A DNA stretch of 64,000 bases from Desulfatiglandales bacterium (GCA_963662465.1 OY759599.1:6240001-6304000), one strand, 5' to 3'. Counted from the stretch's first letter, positions 10,850-20,159 are shown. The notes: generated by a model not told the origin, from the letters alone. Made by a program: numbers and translations.

Positions 10850-11179
10850 TCAGAAATTGTATCCTCCGGGTCCATATCCTTCAAGCGCATCTTTCTCGAC
10901 GGGCACGGTACAATCCCCCGGCACATAAACTCCCCCTGCCACAGCGTCCAATTCTATTCCGGAAAGTTCCCCATCCAAGGGAGGCAGGGAGGGCAATACC
11001 ACATGAATCACCTTCTCGGTGTTTTCCAGGAATCTTATCTCTACGCCTTCGGGAACGTCAATGCCCGCTTCCTTGAGCACGCCGGCGCTGTCCGTCAGAA
11101 GCTTTTCTTTAAATGCTTTGTCGGACCAGGCTTTTTCCACCAGCCTGCCGAACGCTTTTGACGCTTCTTTTTTTTTCAT
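10850..11179 (-). CDS. NHLP-leader RiPP precursor 1 (core VYVPGDCTVPVEKDALEGYGPGGYNF)
   Basis: KAWSDKAFKEKLL..PEGVEIRFLENT..HVVLP..ELSGIELDAVAGG leader with double-Gly site; SD AAGGAG. Confidence 0.92.
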   Translation of the reverse strand: MKKKEASKAFGRLVEKAWSDKAFKEKLLTDSAGVLKEAGIDVPEGVEIRFLENTEKVIHVVLPSLPPLDGELSGIELDAVAGGVYVPGDCTVPVEKDALEGYGPGGYNF

Positions 11180-11341
11180 AGCGTTTCTCCTTTTATGATT
11201 GGTGTGAAGGGGTTACTTCATGGGCTTGAGCAATGTTATAAAAGTACGGTTTCCCGTTGCGGTCCCTTTGGCTTTCCGGGCCACCACCTGGCGCCATTAC
11301 CGAAAGTTGTCCCCTAAAGGGCTTGCCCAATTCTTTTTTAA

Positions 11342-11608
11342 TTATGCCTCCATCCGTCCGCCGTGACAGCCTCTGCATCCCAGGTCTTCCACCAGATCAT
11401 CGCATCCCGCTCCCACAACATTCGCCATATCATCTTCGCTTAATTCACCGCGCGCGTTCCTCATTTCTTCAGCCGTAAATTGAAATTCTTCAGCTTTGGC
11501 GATGTTCAGACGGTCCTCCCCCGACAAGTTTTTATCCGACAATTTCGTCCTCAAATCCTCGTCGTTTTTGACTTTTTCCAAGAATGCTTTTGCACTTTCA
11601 ATGGTCAT
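11342..11608 (-). CDS. Nif11-leader RiPP precursor (core approx. CDDLVEDLGCRGCHGGRMEA)
   Basis: MTIESAKAFLEKVKNDEDLR..FQFTAEE..ELSEDDMANVVGAG leader; SD AGGAG. Confidence 0.88.
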   Translation of the reverse strand: MTIESAKAFLEKVKNDEDLRTKLSDKNLSGEDRLNIAKAEEFQFTAEEMRNARGELSEDDMANVVGAGCDDLVEDLGCRGCHGGRMEA

Positions 11609-11745
11609 GGGCTTCTCTCCTTTCCCTTAATAGGGCAATTTTCGGGTTAAGATATTCAGTGTTTTATAAATGCAACAATACTTACCTTTTTTACTATTTA
11701 GCGTTATTTGTGAAAGATGCAAGTTTCCGGCAAAAGAGTTTTCTT

Positions 11746-13143
11746 TCATCCAAAATCAAGGGGACAGGGCTTGGGCGGGACAATGTCTTCTCCCTGCAAA
11801 AAGTCCCGGTCCGCTTCATCCAGTCTACTACTTAAGTAGGCGCTGAGCTCAAACTCCCGGCAGCGCAAGCGGCACATTTCCTCCGGGGGCTTAAATATGG
11901 AGCCTGTGGCGGCCGCATTGTCATACCTGCAACCGCCCGCACAATAGTATCTGGCATGGCATTCGCCGCATTCCCGCACAAATTTCATGGGGCTTTTCAA
12001 GTATTCATCCCGGTCTATGCTGTTGTCAAAGATATTTCCCAGCTTGTATGCTTCCATTCCCACAAACCGGTGGCACAGATAAACATCTCCCGCACTGGAG
12101 ATCGCCGTAAGGCCCAGCCCGGCGCCGCAGGGAAAGAATCTTTTGCGCTTATGGGAAAAGCTAAGCAACCCATGGTAGAGCTCGGAACTGTTTTTGAGTT
12201 GCCTTAAGGCCTGGGTATCCCTGCCCTCGATCCCCTTAAGCCACGCGTCAGCCTCCTGTTCCAGGAGGTCAAGCGTATTTTGCAGATTCCTGTCCGATGC
12301 GGGCTTTTTGCGGTCGCAGGTCAGCATGCAATCCGAAGCCGGGGTTATTGAGATCTTGGTAAACCCGATGTCCTTTAGGGCCGCTTTTACTTTTTGCGGA
12401 TCGGCGCCCTCCATGAGGACCGCATGGCCCGGGGTTTCCGGGCGGACCGCCAGCAGATTTTTGATTTTGGGAACTATGGCATTATATGAGCCCTTGCCGC
12501 CGATAAAGGGTCGCTGAATATCCTGTATCTCCCTGGGACCATCGAAACTGATCATGACCTCGATATCCTCATCCTGAATGAAATTAATCTGTTTTTCATC
12601 CAGCAGGGTCCCATTGGTAGTGGCGTGAAAATCCACCTTTTTATGGACTTCATGGGTCCTGTTCCGGGCATAGTCCACGATCTTTTGCATCAGGGGAAAA
12701 TTCAAAAACGGTTCCCCGCCAAAGAATCCTATATGGATCTTCTTGGCCTTCCCGGATTGTTCAATGAGCCAGTCCACCGCCTGATAAGCGGTCTCTTCTT
12801 CCATATTGCCCCTGTGGCCATACTCCCCACCTTCACCGTAACAGTAGACGCAGCGCAGATTGCAGGACTGGGTGAGGAAAAAGGCTGCATTGACAATGGG
12901 TACGGGATCGATCGGTTCTTTTCGGGCTGCTTTTTTATCTTTTTGGGAAATCAAGCCCAGTGTTTGGAGCGGTTTAATGTTGAGTGATCTCCAAAAAGAA
13001 TCACCGTTATCCGTAACTTGCCGTAGAAGTTCGGCGGTTTTTTCATCTATGGGACGGGTTTCCATCTCTTCAATATTGATCACATACCGGTGATCTTGAT
13101 GGTCGCCCACATAAAAGGGCTTTAGTCGCATCTCTTTGTCCAT
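11746..13143 (-). CDS. Radical SAM/SPASM peptide maturase 1 (PapB/CteB-like, putative thioether-forming)
   Basis: CNLRCVYC, FFGGEP, TTNGTLL, SFDG, SPASM CGAG..CH..CGEC..CAGGC; likely start MDKEMRL at 13143 (ORF-track extension overlaps precursor 2). Confidence 0.9.
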   Translation of the reverse strand: MDKEMRLKPFYVGDHQDHRYVINIEEMETRPIDEKTAELLRQVTDNGDSFWRSLNIKPLQTLGLISQKDKKAARKEPIDPVPIVNAAFFLTQSCNLRCVYCYGEGGEYGHRGNMEEETAYQAVDWLIEQSGKAKKIHIGFFGGEPFLNFPLMQKIVDYARNRTHEVHKKVDFHATTNGTLLDEKQINFIQDEDIEVMISFDGPREIQDIQRPFIGGKGSYNAIVPKIKNLLAVRPETPGHAVLMEGADPQKVKAALKDIGFTKISITPASDCMLTCDRKKPASDRNLQNTLDLLEQEADAWLKGIEGRDTQALRQLKNSSELYHGLLSFSHKRKRFFPCGAGLGLTAISSAGDVYLCHRFVGMEAYKLGNIFDNSIDRDEYLKSPMKFVRECGECHARYYCAGGCRYDNAAATGSIFKPPEEMCRLRCREFELSAYLSSRLDEADRDFLQGEDIVPPKPCPLDFG

Positions 13144-13204
13144 ATTATCATTCCCCGAATAGATGAGTGGATGCCGGAGGACGGAAGACATCGACCGTAC
13201 CGGC

Positions 13205-13534
13205 TCAGAAATTATATCCTCCGGGTCCATATCCTTCAAGCGCATCTCTCTCGACGGGCACGGCACAATCCCCCGGCACATCAACTCCCCCTGCCACAGC
13301 ATCCAATTCTATTCCGGAAAGTTCCCTATCCAAGGGAGGCAGGGAGGGCAATACCACATGAATTACCTTCTCTGTGTTTTCCAGGAATCTTATTTCCACG
13401 CCTTCGGGAACGTCAATGCCCGCTTCCTTGAGCACGCCGGCGCTGTCCGTCAGAAGCTTTTCTTTAAATGCTTTGTCGGACCAGGCTTTTTCCACCAGTC
13501 TGCCGAACGCTTTTGACGCTTCTTTTTTTTTCAT
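13205..13534 (-). CDS. NHLP-leader RiPP precursor 2 (core VDVPGDCAVPVERDALEGYGPGGYNF)
   Basis: Differs from precursor 1 at 4 residues; same NHLP leader and AVAGG site. Confidence 0.92.
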   Translation of the reverse strand: MKKKEASKAFGRLVEKAWSDKAFKEKLLTDSAGVLKEAGIDVPEGVEIRFLENTEKVIHVVLPSLPPLDRELSGIELDAVAGGVDVPGDCAVPVERDALEGYGPGGYNF

Positions 13535-13572
13535 AGCGTTTCTCCTTTTATGATTGGTGTGAAGGGTTTACT

Positions 13573-15036
13573 TCATGGGCTTGTGCCCGGTCCGTAAAAC
13601 TTTCTTTGATTTTCCTGTAAAAAAGCAATGTCCGGCGCCTCGAGCCGGTGAAAGATGCAGACGGCCTTTTCAATGGCATATTTAACCCGGTCGCAATAAT
13701 CGTCCACGGGATGGAAAAGATCGCCGTTGGCCGCGCGGTTCACGTAGATACAGCCGCCGCCGCAGAAATGGGCGGCCCAGCATCGGGCGCATTTTTCCAA
13801 TCGCGTGACCATGGCCCTGAGATACGGTTTCCTGTCCGCCACTGTTTCAAACACGCTCCCCATTTTCATTCCGGGGTCTCCGGTGAACAGCGGACAGGGG
13901 AAAAGGTCTCCAGTAACCGACACCCCCAGATACCCTCTGCCGGCGCCGCATCCATACAGGCGTTTTTGTTTTGACATCAAAGCGTAAACATATGTTAGCA
14001 GCATTTTGGAACCGTGCTTGGGGACGCTTCGGTCCCTGATGGCCTCTAAGGTGATATCGGCTTCATGATCCAGAAAGTCAGAAATGTGCTGCCTCTCTTT
14101 CGCTCCTTGGTTTTGCGGCGCCCAGTTGCCGTAAAGGGATGGCATAGCTGGGGTCAGGGTATAGGATGTAAAACCCGTCGACACAATGGCCTCTTTTATT
14201 TGGGGTAGGTCTTTCGCCCTTTTGATGGTCGCCCTGCAGCGGGCCCCGGGGATTTTTGCCAGCAGTTTTTCAACATTTTTCGCAACCGTTTTATAGGACC
14301 CGCGGCCGTTCTTAAAGGGCCGGTTTTCATTCTGGATATGCTCCGGACCGTCAAAACTGACCAGGGGGGTAATGCCATGGGCCTTTAAAAATGCGATCTT
14401 TTCTTCGTCCAGCAATGTGGCATTGGTAGTCATTCCGTATTTCACCTTTTTTCCCAAGGCCTTTCCCTTTTTGTCGGCATGGGCCACCACATGCCGGATC
14501 AACGGAAAATTCATCAGGGGTTCGCCGCCGCCAAAGAGGATACCCACCGACTTTTTTTGGCCGGATTGTGCCATGAGCCAGTCGACGGCCCGTGTCGCGG
14601 TCGCCTCGTCCATTTTCCCTTCACTGCCGCATTCCCCGGTGTTTCCGTAGCAGTAAACACAGCTGAGGTTGCACTGCCGGGTGACATTCATGGTCAGGGT
14701 GACCACGGGTTCCCCGGTGAGTATTTTAATGAGATCATTCATCCCGGGGCTCTTTTCCCCGGGCGGATGGGATAAGGCATCTTCCTTCGGGGCGCCGTCA
14801 ACCAGGCCCATGTTCTCTAGTTTTTCCATGACGGAGGAAGGGACCGGCATGCCTTTATTGAAGCGGATTCGATCCAATGTATCGGCCATCCGGTCGTCAA
14901 TGATCGCACTGGTCATGGCAATTGCGTTCAAAAGATATGAAGTGCCTTCATGTCGGAACAGGTGAAAGGGCGTAAGGGAAACGTTACAAAAGTACGTTTT
15001 TCCGTTGCAATGTATTTCAATATGTTGTGGCAGCAT
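13573..15036 (-). CDS. Radical SAM/SPASM peptide maturase 2
   Basis: CNLSCVYC, GGGEP, TTNATLL, SFDG, CGAG..CP..CARC..CGGGC; likely start MLPQH at 15036 after GGAG (track gives 15066). Confidence 0.9.
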   Translation of the reverse strand: MLPQHIEIHCNGKTYFCNVSLTPFHLFRHEGTSYLLNAIAMTSAIIDDRMADTLDRIRFNKGMPVPSSVMEKLENMGLVDGAPKEDALSHPPGEKSPGMNDLIKILTGEPVVTLTMNVTRQCNLSCVYCYGNTGECGSEGKMDEATATRAVDWLMAQSGQKKSVGILFGGGEPLMNFPLIRHVVAHADKKGKALGKKVKYGMTTNATLLDEEKIAFLKAHGITPLVSFDGPEHIQNENRPFKNGRGSYKTVAKNVEKLLAKIPGARCRATIKRAKDLPQIKEAIVSTGFTSYTLTPAMPSLYGNWAPQNQGAKERQHISDFLDHEADITLEAIRDRSVPKHGSKMLLTYVYALMSKQKRLYGCGAGRGYLGVSVTGDLFPCPLFTGDPGMKMGSVFETVADRKPYLRAMVTRLEKCARCWAAHFCGGGCIYVNRAANGDLFHPVDDYCDRVKYAIEKAVCIFHRLEAPDIAFLQENQRKFYGPGTSP

Positions 15037-15099
15037 GGGTTGCGGCTCCGTTGACTCCACGCACAAGACCGAAAGCCCTCGCGATGGGCTTTGGTCGCT

Positions 15100-15478
15100 T
15101 TATGACTTGACCGGAATGGCAAACCGATGCTTATGGGAGCCTTCGTGCTGTCGTTCACCCAGACAACGGCGTCCCAGGTAGCCTTCCGGGGTTTTTGTGA
15201 TCTCAGTGTGAGCGGTGAATTTATAGGTTCCGTCACCTTTTTCATCGACGCTGTAGGTCTCGGGGTATCCGTCAGTATTAGCAGAAGGCCGAAGACAGGC
15301 TTTCCTCAGAATCGTCTTTGGTTTTCATCGGAGGATCGGTTTGGCTTCCGGTTTAAATCTGAAACCCGCGATCAAGTTTTTGAAGACGCAGGCAGGACTT
15401 CAGCGGAGAAAGTGAGTTTGCGACAGACTAACAATGTCCACCAGGAGGGGCAAATGATAATTTGAGGATTTTAAGCAT
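15100..15478 (-). pseudogene. Possible degraded gene for an exported protein upstream of maturase 2
   Basis: AGGAG+ATG (15478) MLKILKLSFA then early stops; protein-like stretch GYPETYSVDEKGDGTYKFTAH in another frame. Confidence 0.3.
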
Positions 15479-15751
15479 CTGAAAACTCCTAAATAGAGAT
15501 TAAGATTTTATTAAAAAAACGAACAATTTTTAATAGAGCAAAATAAAACACACCGTGTCAAGGAAAAAAGGGTCTTCACGAGGGTTCAACGGTCCATGGG
15601 TATAGGTTGAAAAGCTCTTATATCCTTTTTTACAATAAAAGGGAAAATCCGTGCATAGCCAGCAATTCTAATTTTGACCTGAAACAAATTTTCGAGATTG
15701 GTCCTAACTTCGCCCACTCGCACCTCGCGACTGAATTGGCAAGCCTCTGAT

Positions 15752-15811
15752 GCAGCGCAGATTGCAGGACTGGGTGAGAAAAAAAGCGGCATTGACAATG
15801 GGGACGGGATC
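15752..15811 (-). pseudogene. 60-bp relic of a maturase-1 paralog (DPVPIVNAAFFLTQSCNLRC)
   Basis: Near-identical to 12850..12909. Confidence 0.75.
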
Positions 15812-16049
15812 CTTTCGAGGGACTCTTTTCTAATGGAAAATTGGCATAAAAATAAAATCAGCCGGCAATTAAGATTTGAGTATTCAAAAATAAATGGTAT
15901 GTTTTTATTTGAGCAGTGGGTAAAACAGGTTCCAGTTCAGGTGGAACATTGATCGCCATTTCAAAACGCTTCATGCGGTGGAAGTGAGACCTGTGGTTCT
16001 TCTTAAGAATCGCCGGTGAAAAACGGGATTGTGAAACGAGGATTAACAC

Positions 16050-16592
16050 ATGAGAAAAGTGCTCTACATTCTGGGTGGATTGGACGACAACGACGTGGAG
16101 TGGTTGATCGCAAGAGGAGAGCGACGGCGGTTGCCTTCAGGCGAGGTGCTCATTTCCGAGGGGGATATGATTGAGGCCCTTTATATTTTGCTGGAGGGGG
16201 AGTTGGCGGCTTCGGTAAAAACCCATGAGGGTGCCCGTGAGTTGGGCCGCATGGCGGTGGGCGACATGGTGGGGGAGATTTCCTTGGTGGACGACCGGCC
16301 CGCATCCGCAACCGTCACCGTGGTGCGGGACGCGTATGTATTGGCTATCCCCCGCTCGGCGCTGCTGCAAAAACTGGAAATCGAAGTGGGGTTCGCGGCA
16401 AGGTTCTATCACGCTGTGGCCCAGTTGCTCTCCTACCGCCTGCGGGATAACACGGCTCTGATCGCAGGCGAAGGCGGGCCGCCGGTCCCCGAGCTGGAGA
16501 AGGACGAGGACCTTCTCGGCCTGGATGTGTTGGACAATGTGCATATGGCGGGTCAGCGTTTTTCCCGCATCATGCGGCGGTTGGCCGGTTAG
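16050..16592 (+). CDS. Cyclic nucleotide-binding domain protein of the type associated with NHLP transport clusters
   Basis: LGGLDDNDVEWLI, GDMVGEISLVDDRPASATV, GFAARFY; SD GAGGA. Confidence 0.82.
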   Translation: MRKVLYILGGLDDNDVEWLIARGERRRLPSGEVLISEGDMIEALYILLEGELAASVKTHEGARELGRMAVGDMVGEISLVDDRPASATVTVVRDAYVLAIPRSALLQKLEIEVGFAARFYHAVAQLLSYRLRDNTALIAGEGGPPVPELEKDEDLLGLDVLDNVHMAGQRFSRIMRRLAG

Positions 16593-16630
16593 GTCAGAGA
16601 AGATTGCTATCAAATGCGGATGAAAAATCT

Positions 16631-16785
16631 GGTTCATCGCGGATTAACGTGAAATCGCGCTTTGAGATTGTTTCGGTTCGGGCTGTAGGTGCGACTTCAG
16701 TCGCACAGGGTCGGCTTAATGTGCGACTGAAGTCGCACCTACAATCGGCTCAGAAGCCAAATCTCACGCGAATCCACGATGAGCC
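16631..16785. mobile_element. Short TIR-bounded MITE-like element (type T1) carrying a REP doublet
   Basis: Ends GGTTCATCGCGGATTAACGTGA / TCACGCGAATCCACGATGAGCC (imperfect inverted repeat). Confidence 0.6.
16684..16743. repeat. GTAG-family REP doublet
   Basis: TGTAGGTGCGACTTCAGTCGCACA and its exact reverse complement 12 bp apart. Confidence 0.85.
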
Positions 16786-16790
16786 ATCTT

Positions 16791-16950
16791 GGCTCAATGC
16801 GGATTAACGTGAAAAAATGTTTCGCCACCAAGAAAAACCTCAGTGCATTCGTCATAAAGAGTCGTATGTATTCGGAACCCGACGATCCCATGGTTATTTT
16901 TCCCACGTGGTAGGTCAGGGTGCGGCGCGTCCCGTTTTTTCCTCTGACCC
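16791..16950. mobile_element. Truncated left part of MITE type T2
   Basis: Matches 37420..37580. Confidence 0.7.
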
Positions 16951-16954
16951 TGTG

Positions 16955-17389
16955 GTTGAAACCAAGGGAGACAACGAGCAGCGATATCGGTGGAAGCTGA
17001 TCCTCATTAAAAGACTCTACCGCCAGGGATACGCTAAAGCAGATGTGATCAGGCTGTTTGCATTTATAGATTGGGTCATGTCCCTGCCCGCGGATATGGA
17101 AAAAGGCCTTTGGACGGAAATCCAAAAGTTCGAGGAGGAAACGAAAATGGAATATGTTACCAGCGTGGAAAGAATCGGTATAGAGAAAGGCATGGAGAAA
17201 GGCAGCCTGAATCTTCTGTGCCGTCTCATTGCGAAGCGGTTTAAAACCGGTTCCGAATCGCTTCCGCCGATCTTCACGGGTTTGCGTGCGGAAGATATCG
17301 AAGATCTTGGAGAGCGTTTCCTGGATGCCGAGAGCGTGGATGAGATTCGTCGATGGGCGGAAGAGAAACGCAGGGCGAGGATGCAGTAG
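16955..17389 (+). pseudogene. Rpn subfamily A copy A1, 5'-truncated; intact internal ORF 17147..17389
   Basis: Near-identical to the 3' half of 24656..25654; GAGGAGG-spacer-ATG at 17147. Confidence 0.85.
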
Positions 17390-17526
17390 AGCAGGGACTC
17401 AGCCCATGGATATCTGGGTGGCGCTTTATAAAAAACATCAACGGACGCGGAGCGTCCACCCGGTTGTAATCCTTATCCCGTTCATCCTGTATATCCATGT
17501 TCATTTTTCCATTGGTTCAAGAAATG

Positions 17527-17922
17527 GTATGCGTTCACGGGTTCATCGCTTCCTTCGGGATACCATTGTGTCGGAGCTGAAGGTGGAAGGTTCGTAGTGT
17601 GCCCGTAAGGCATGGAGTGGACATGCAACCAAACGTCTCACGGCGTCACTACGAACGTCGCAACAGAGCGCATTAACCCCCGGAAAATCCACTTTCGCTG
17701 CCGAATAACCTTAGAGCCTGTTTAAAAATTATCCCTGCTGCGGTCGGCTGCGGCTTCCGATGGCTGCGTCAGCGACAAAAATGGGTCTTCAGCGTAGCTC
17801 GACTACGCTTTCAGCCCCATTTTTATCGCTTCCTTGCCCTCGAAAACCTCGCTCAACCTCGCGACGGGATAATTTTTAAACAGGCTTTTAGAACCGTGGA
17901 CACTGAACCCGTGAATGGTTAC
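17527..17922. mobile_element. MITE with GTA..TTCACGGGTTCA inverted ends (IS66-like ends), containing a nested MITE
   Basis: GTATGCGTTCACGGGTTCA / TGAACCCGTGAATGGTTAC; second copy 30339..30559 lacks the nested insert. Confidence 0.6.
17714..17887. mobile_element. 174-bp MITE with 22-bp TIR and TTA target duplication (IS5-like)
   Basis: GAGCCTGTTTAAAAATTATCCC / GGGATAATTTTTAAACAGGCTT; TTA on both sides; empty site at approx. 30525. Confidence 0.85.
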
Positions 17923-18238
17923 AGAAAAAGATAGAGCAAGATATTATGGTACTTCTAAAAAAAGAAACTGCCCCGAATGCGGAGGAGAAATGCATTCCCG
18001 GCTTATCAATCTTCTATATAAAAAAGAGAAGTGCGAAATTCAGGTTGATGTGATCGGAATACCAGCCAATGTTTGTACGAAATGTTTTTACAGAATTATT
18101 CCGGGCAAAATCGCAAAATATATTGATTCCCTGGTTGATCCGATATTTGAATCTGAAATCGGGCAGCAGGAAAAAATACTTCCTGCTCCACATGTAGGTA
18201 TTTGGTTTCTGCCGGCAGAAAGAGAATTTTATTGCTAA
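17915..18238 (+). CDS. YgiT-type zinc finger protein (MqsA N-terminal-like), 5' end uncertain
   Basis: CPECGG...IPANVCTKC. Confidence 0.7.
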   Translation: MVTEKDRARYYGTSKKRNCPECGGEMHSRLINLLYKKEKCEIQVDVIGIPANVCTKCFYRIIPGKIAKYIDSLVDPIFESEIGQQEKILPAPHVGIWFLPAEREFYC

Positions 18239-18339
18239 TTTTCAATACCTCTGGCTATTCGTGTAATTCGAGTGTGGTTTTTGGCGCTCGAAGACATTCC
18301 TCTGCCAGGGTGCAGTACTCCCGGGAGCTTCCTTGGCAT

Positions 18340-18869
18340 GCCGATCTTTCGGAATACAGTGATGAAGAGATTAAAGGCGCTGTTGTTTTGAGAGTTGTCT
18401 TTCTCCTTTTGAAGCATATTTTTTCAAGCGATCTTCCGGAAAAATTCCCTGGGATTTTGGGTCTGTTAAAAGACCTTCTGAATAAACGAAACGGTCTTGA
18501 ATATCTTGAGACGGTGTTGCGATATGTTAGCTTCAGGGAGTGATCAAATAGGCAGTGTCGAGATTGAGGAGAGCGTTAGACAGGTTTTTTGAAGGTCAGG
18601 GAGGAGATATTATGCCAACAGCATCTGAACAATGGATCGAGCAGGGAATTGAGCAGGGAATTGAGCAGGGAATGCAGAAGGGGGCTATGAAACTTTTGTC
18701 CCGTCAAATTGTGAGGCGTTTTCAGGTCAGCTCTGATTCTGTTCATCCGATCTTTGCCGGCTTAACCACAGAGCAACTTGAAGAATTGGGGGAGAGGTTT
18801 CTTGAAGCTGAAAGTTTGGATGAAATTCAGGCTTGGGCAGAGGAAAAACGGTTGACAAAAGCGCAATAA
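18340..18869 (+). pseudogene. Rpn subfamily C copy C1, truncated and frameshifted; intact internal ORF 18612..18869
   Basis: DLSEYSDEEIKG..LLLKHIF..LETVLRYV, then GGAGGAGATATT-ATG MPTASEQWIEQG(IEQG)n plus DUF4351-like tail. Confidence 0.8.
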
Positions 18870-18877
18870 ATTGCCCT

Positions 18878-18902
18878 CGTTCCTACGCTCCGGCGTAGGA
18901 AC
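18878..18902. repeat. REP-like hairpin; unoccupied equivalent of the intron-2 target
   Basis: CGTTCCTACGC-TCCG-GCGTAGGAAC; flanks match 31183-31190 and 33119 onward. Confidence 0.8.
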
Positions 18903-19120
18903 CCATACCGGGCGGCGTTGACACGCCAGGGCTGAACCCGCCTCCCATGACTTTTTGAAACATGATGTGAAAGTCTTTTTCATACCTTGAAAACCAACAC
19001 CAGCTCCAAGCTCCGAGATCCAAATACGTTGCATATTTGTCTGTCAGGTTTTTCCTCAAACGGCTCACGACCAATTATTGGAACTGCAAAGGGTCTGGTT
19101 TCTGGTGGGGTGGGGGGGGG

Positions 19121-19290
19121 ATGCTTGAGGCAATCCAGCGATTCATCGATACCAATTCCCTCGACGCGGTATTTGATGTTCCGGCCTCGATTATTGAAAC
19201 ATACAAAGACGATTTTGCGAAATATGTAACCCAGTCCGATTTGCTCCGTTTTCATAAGGTGTTTAACTATGTCCCCATGGCCGCCGGCGG
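19121..19290 (+). pseudogene. Fragment of an AAA_14/DUF4143 ATPase paralogous to 61553..62956
   Basis: MLEAIQRFIDTNSLDAVFDV..YKDDFAKY..FNYVPMAAG. Confidence 0.8.
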
Positions 19291-19307
19291 TGAAAAAACT
19301 AGACCTT

Positions 19308-19347
19308 AGCAGATAGATTCCGTGTTGTGTCTGGAACTTTTGTTTAG
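19308..19347 (+). pseudogene. 3' relic of higA (ADRFRVVSGTFV*)
   Basis: Matches the end of 26469..26849. Confidence 0.6.
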
Positions 19348-19477
19348 TACAGACACACGGATTGATTGACAGAGCCCGTCAAATTGTTCAGAATAAAGTC
19401 AAAATTCATTGATAGGTGGCGCAGACTTTACTGGGTTTCCATTTTGATGCTCATAGAAGAGAAACGGGAGATACGCC

Positions 19478-19969
19478 ATGTCAGAGATTGACAAATGGGA
19501 TGAAGTGTTTGAACAACGCCTGACCGGCTTCTTAAAGGAGCATTTGGCCGAGCTCTTGACCAGCGAAGGCCTGAGTCGGCCTGCCAAGGTTTACGAGATA
19601 GAACTTCGGGAGCGGCTTGTGAGGGTGGAAGAGGCGATTAAACACCAGAGCGAGCTGATCCAAAAGACCCTCGACTTCATGGATGTGCGGTTCGGCGCCG
19701 TGGACAAGCGGTTTGAGGCGGTGGACAAGCGGTTCGAGGCGGTGGACAAGCGGTTCGAGGAATTGAGAGAGGATATGAATACACGGTTCGAGGCCGTGGA
19801 TAAGCGGTTTGAAGAGCTGAGAGAGGATATGAATACACGGTTCGAGGCCGTGGATAAGCGGTTTGAGGCCGTGGATAGGCGCTTCAACTCGTTGCAGTGG
19901 CTGATAGGGGGAGGGTTTACCTTCCTGACCGTCGTTATCGTCCTTATGAAATTCCTCGTCGGCCCTTGA
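19478..19969 (+). CDS. Coiled-coil repeat protein with C-terminal membrane anchor (DUF1640/Bdr-like)
   Basis: (FEAVDKR)n heptads and FEELREDMNTR 11-mers, then WLIGGGFTFLTVVIVL; SD GGGAG. Confidence 0.7.
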   Translation: MSEIDKWDEVFEQRLTGFLKEHLAELLTSEGLSRPAKVYEIELRERLVRVEEAIKHQSELIQKTLDFMDVRFGAVDKRFEAVDKRFEAVDKRFEELREDMNTRFEAVDKRFEELREDMNTRFEAVDKRFEAVDRRFNSLQWLIGGGFTFLTVVIVLMKFLVGP

Positions 19970-20159
19970 GTTGCCGCTACGCCATGAATTTGTACCTTCC
20001 TTGAACTGCGCGGGACGTTCATAAGAAACTAAGAAACTCGCCAGGCGTACATTGATTTCCCGCTCGCCGAGGCCGCGTATCGGTTGTTATTCGAAAATTA
20101 TTGCAAAGCGGCTGATTACGACAGTCCGTGGAAAAACGCTTCGGAATGTTATTTCCTCT

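Noticed and set aside
13144..13302. N-terminal extension of maturase 1 in the ORF track
   Set aside because: Overlaps precursor 2 in another frame; a better start with SD exists at 13143
10850..13534. Spliceotide (XYG) or proteusin/azole chemistry for the NHLP cores
   Set aside because: A GYG is present, but both enzymes look PapB/CteB-like and no YcaO, epimerase or stand-alone splicease partner is visible; not excluded without a phylogeny
14928..15245. 105-aa minus-strand ORF as an extra precursor
   Set aside because: No recognisable leader, overlaps maturase 2, and lies in a degraded region
16817..16954. Novel N-termini on truncated Rpn ORFs (also 27001, 18202, 30425)
   Set aside because: Read-through from MITE or spacer sequence, not genuine domains
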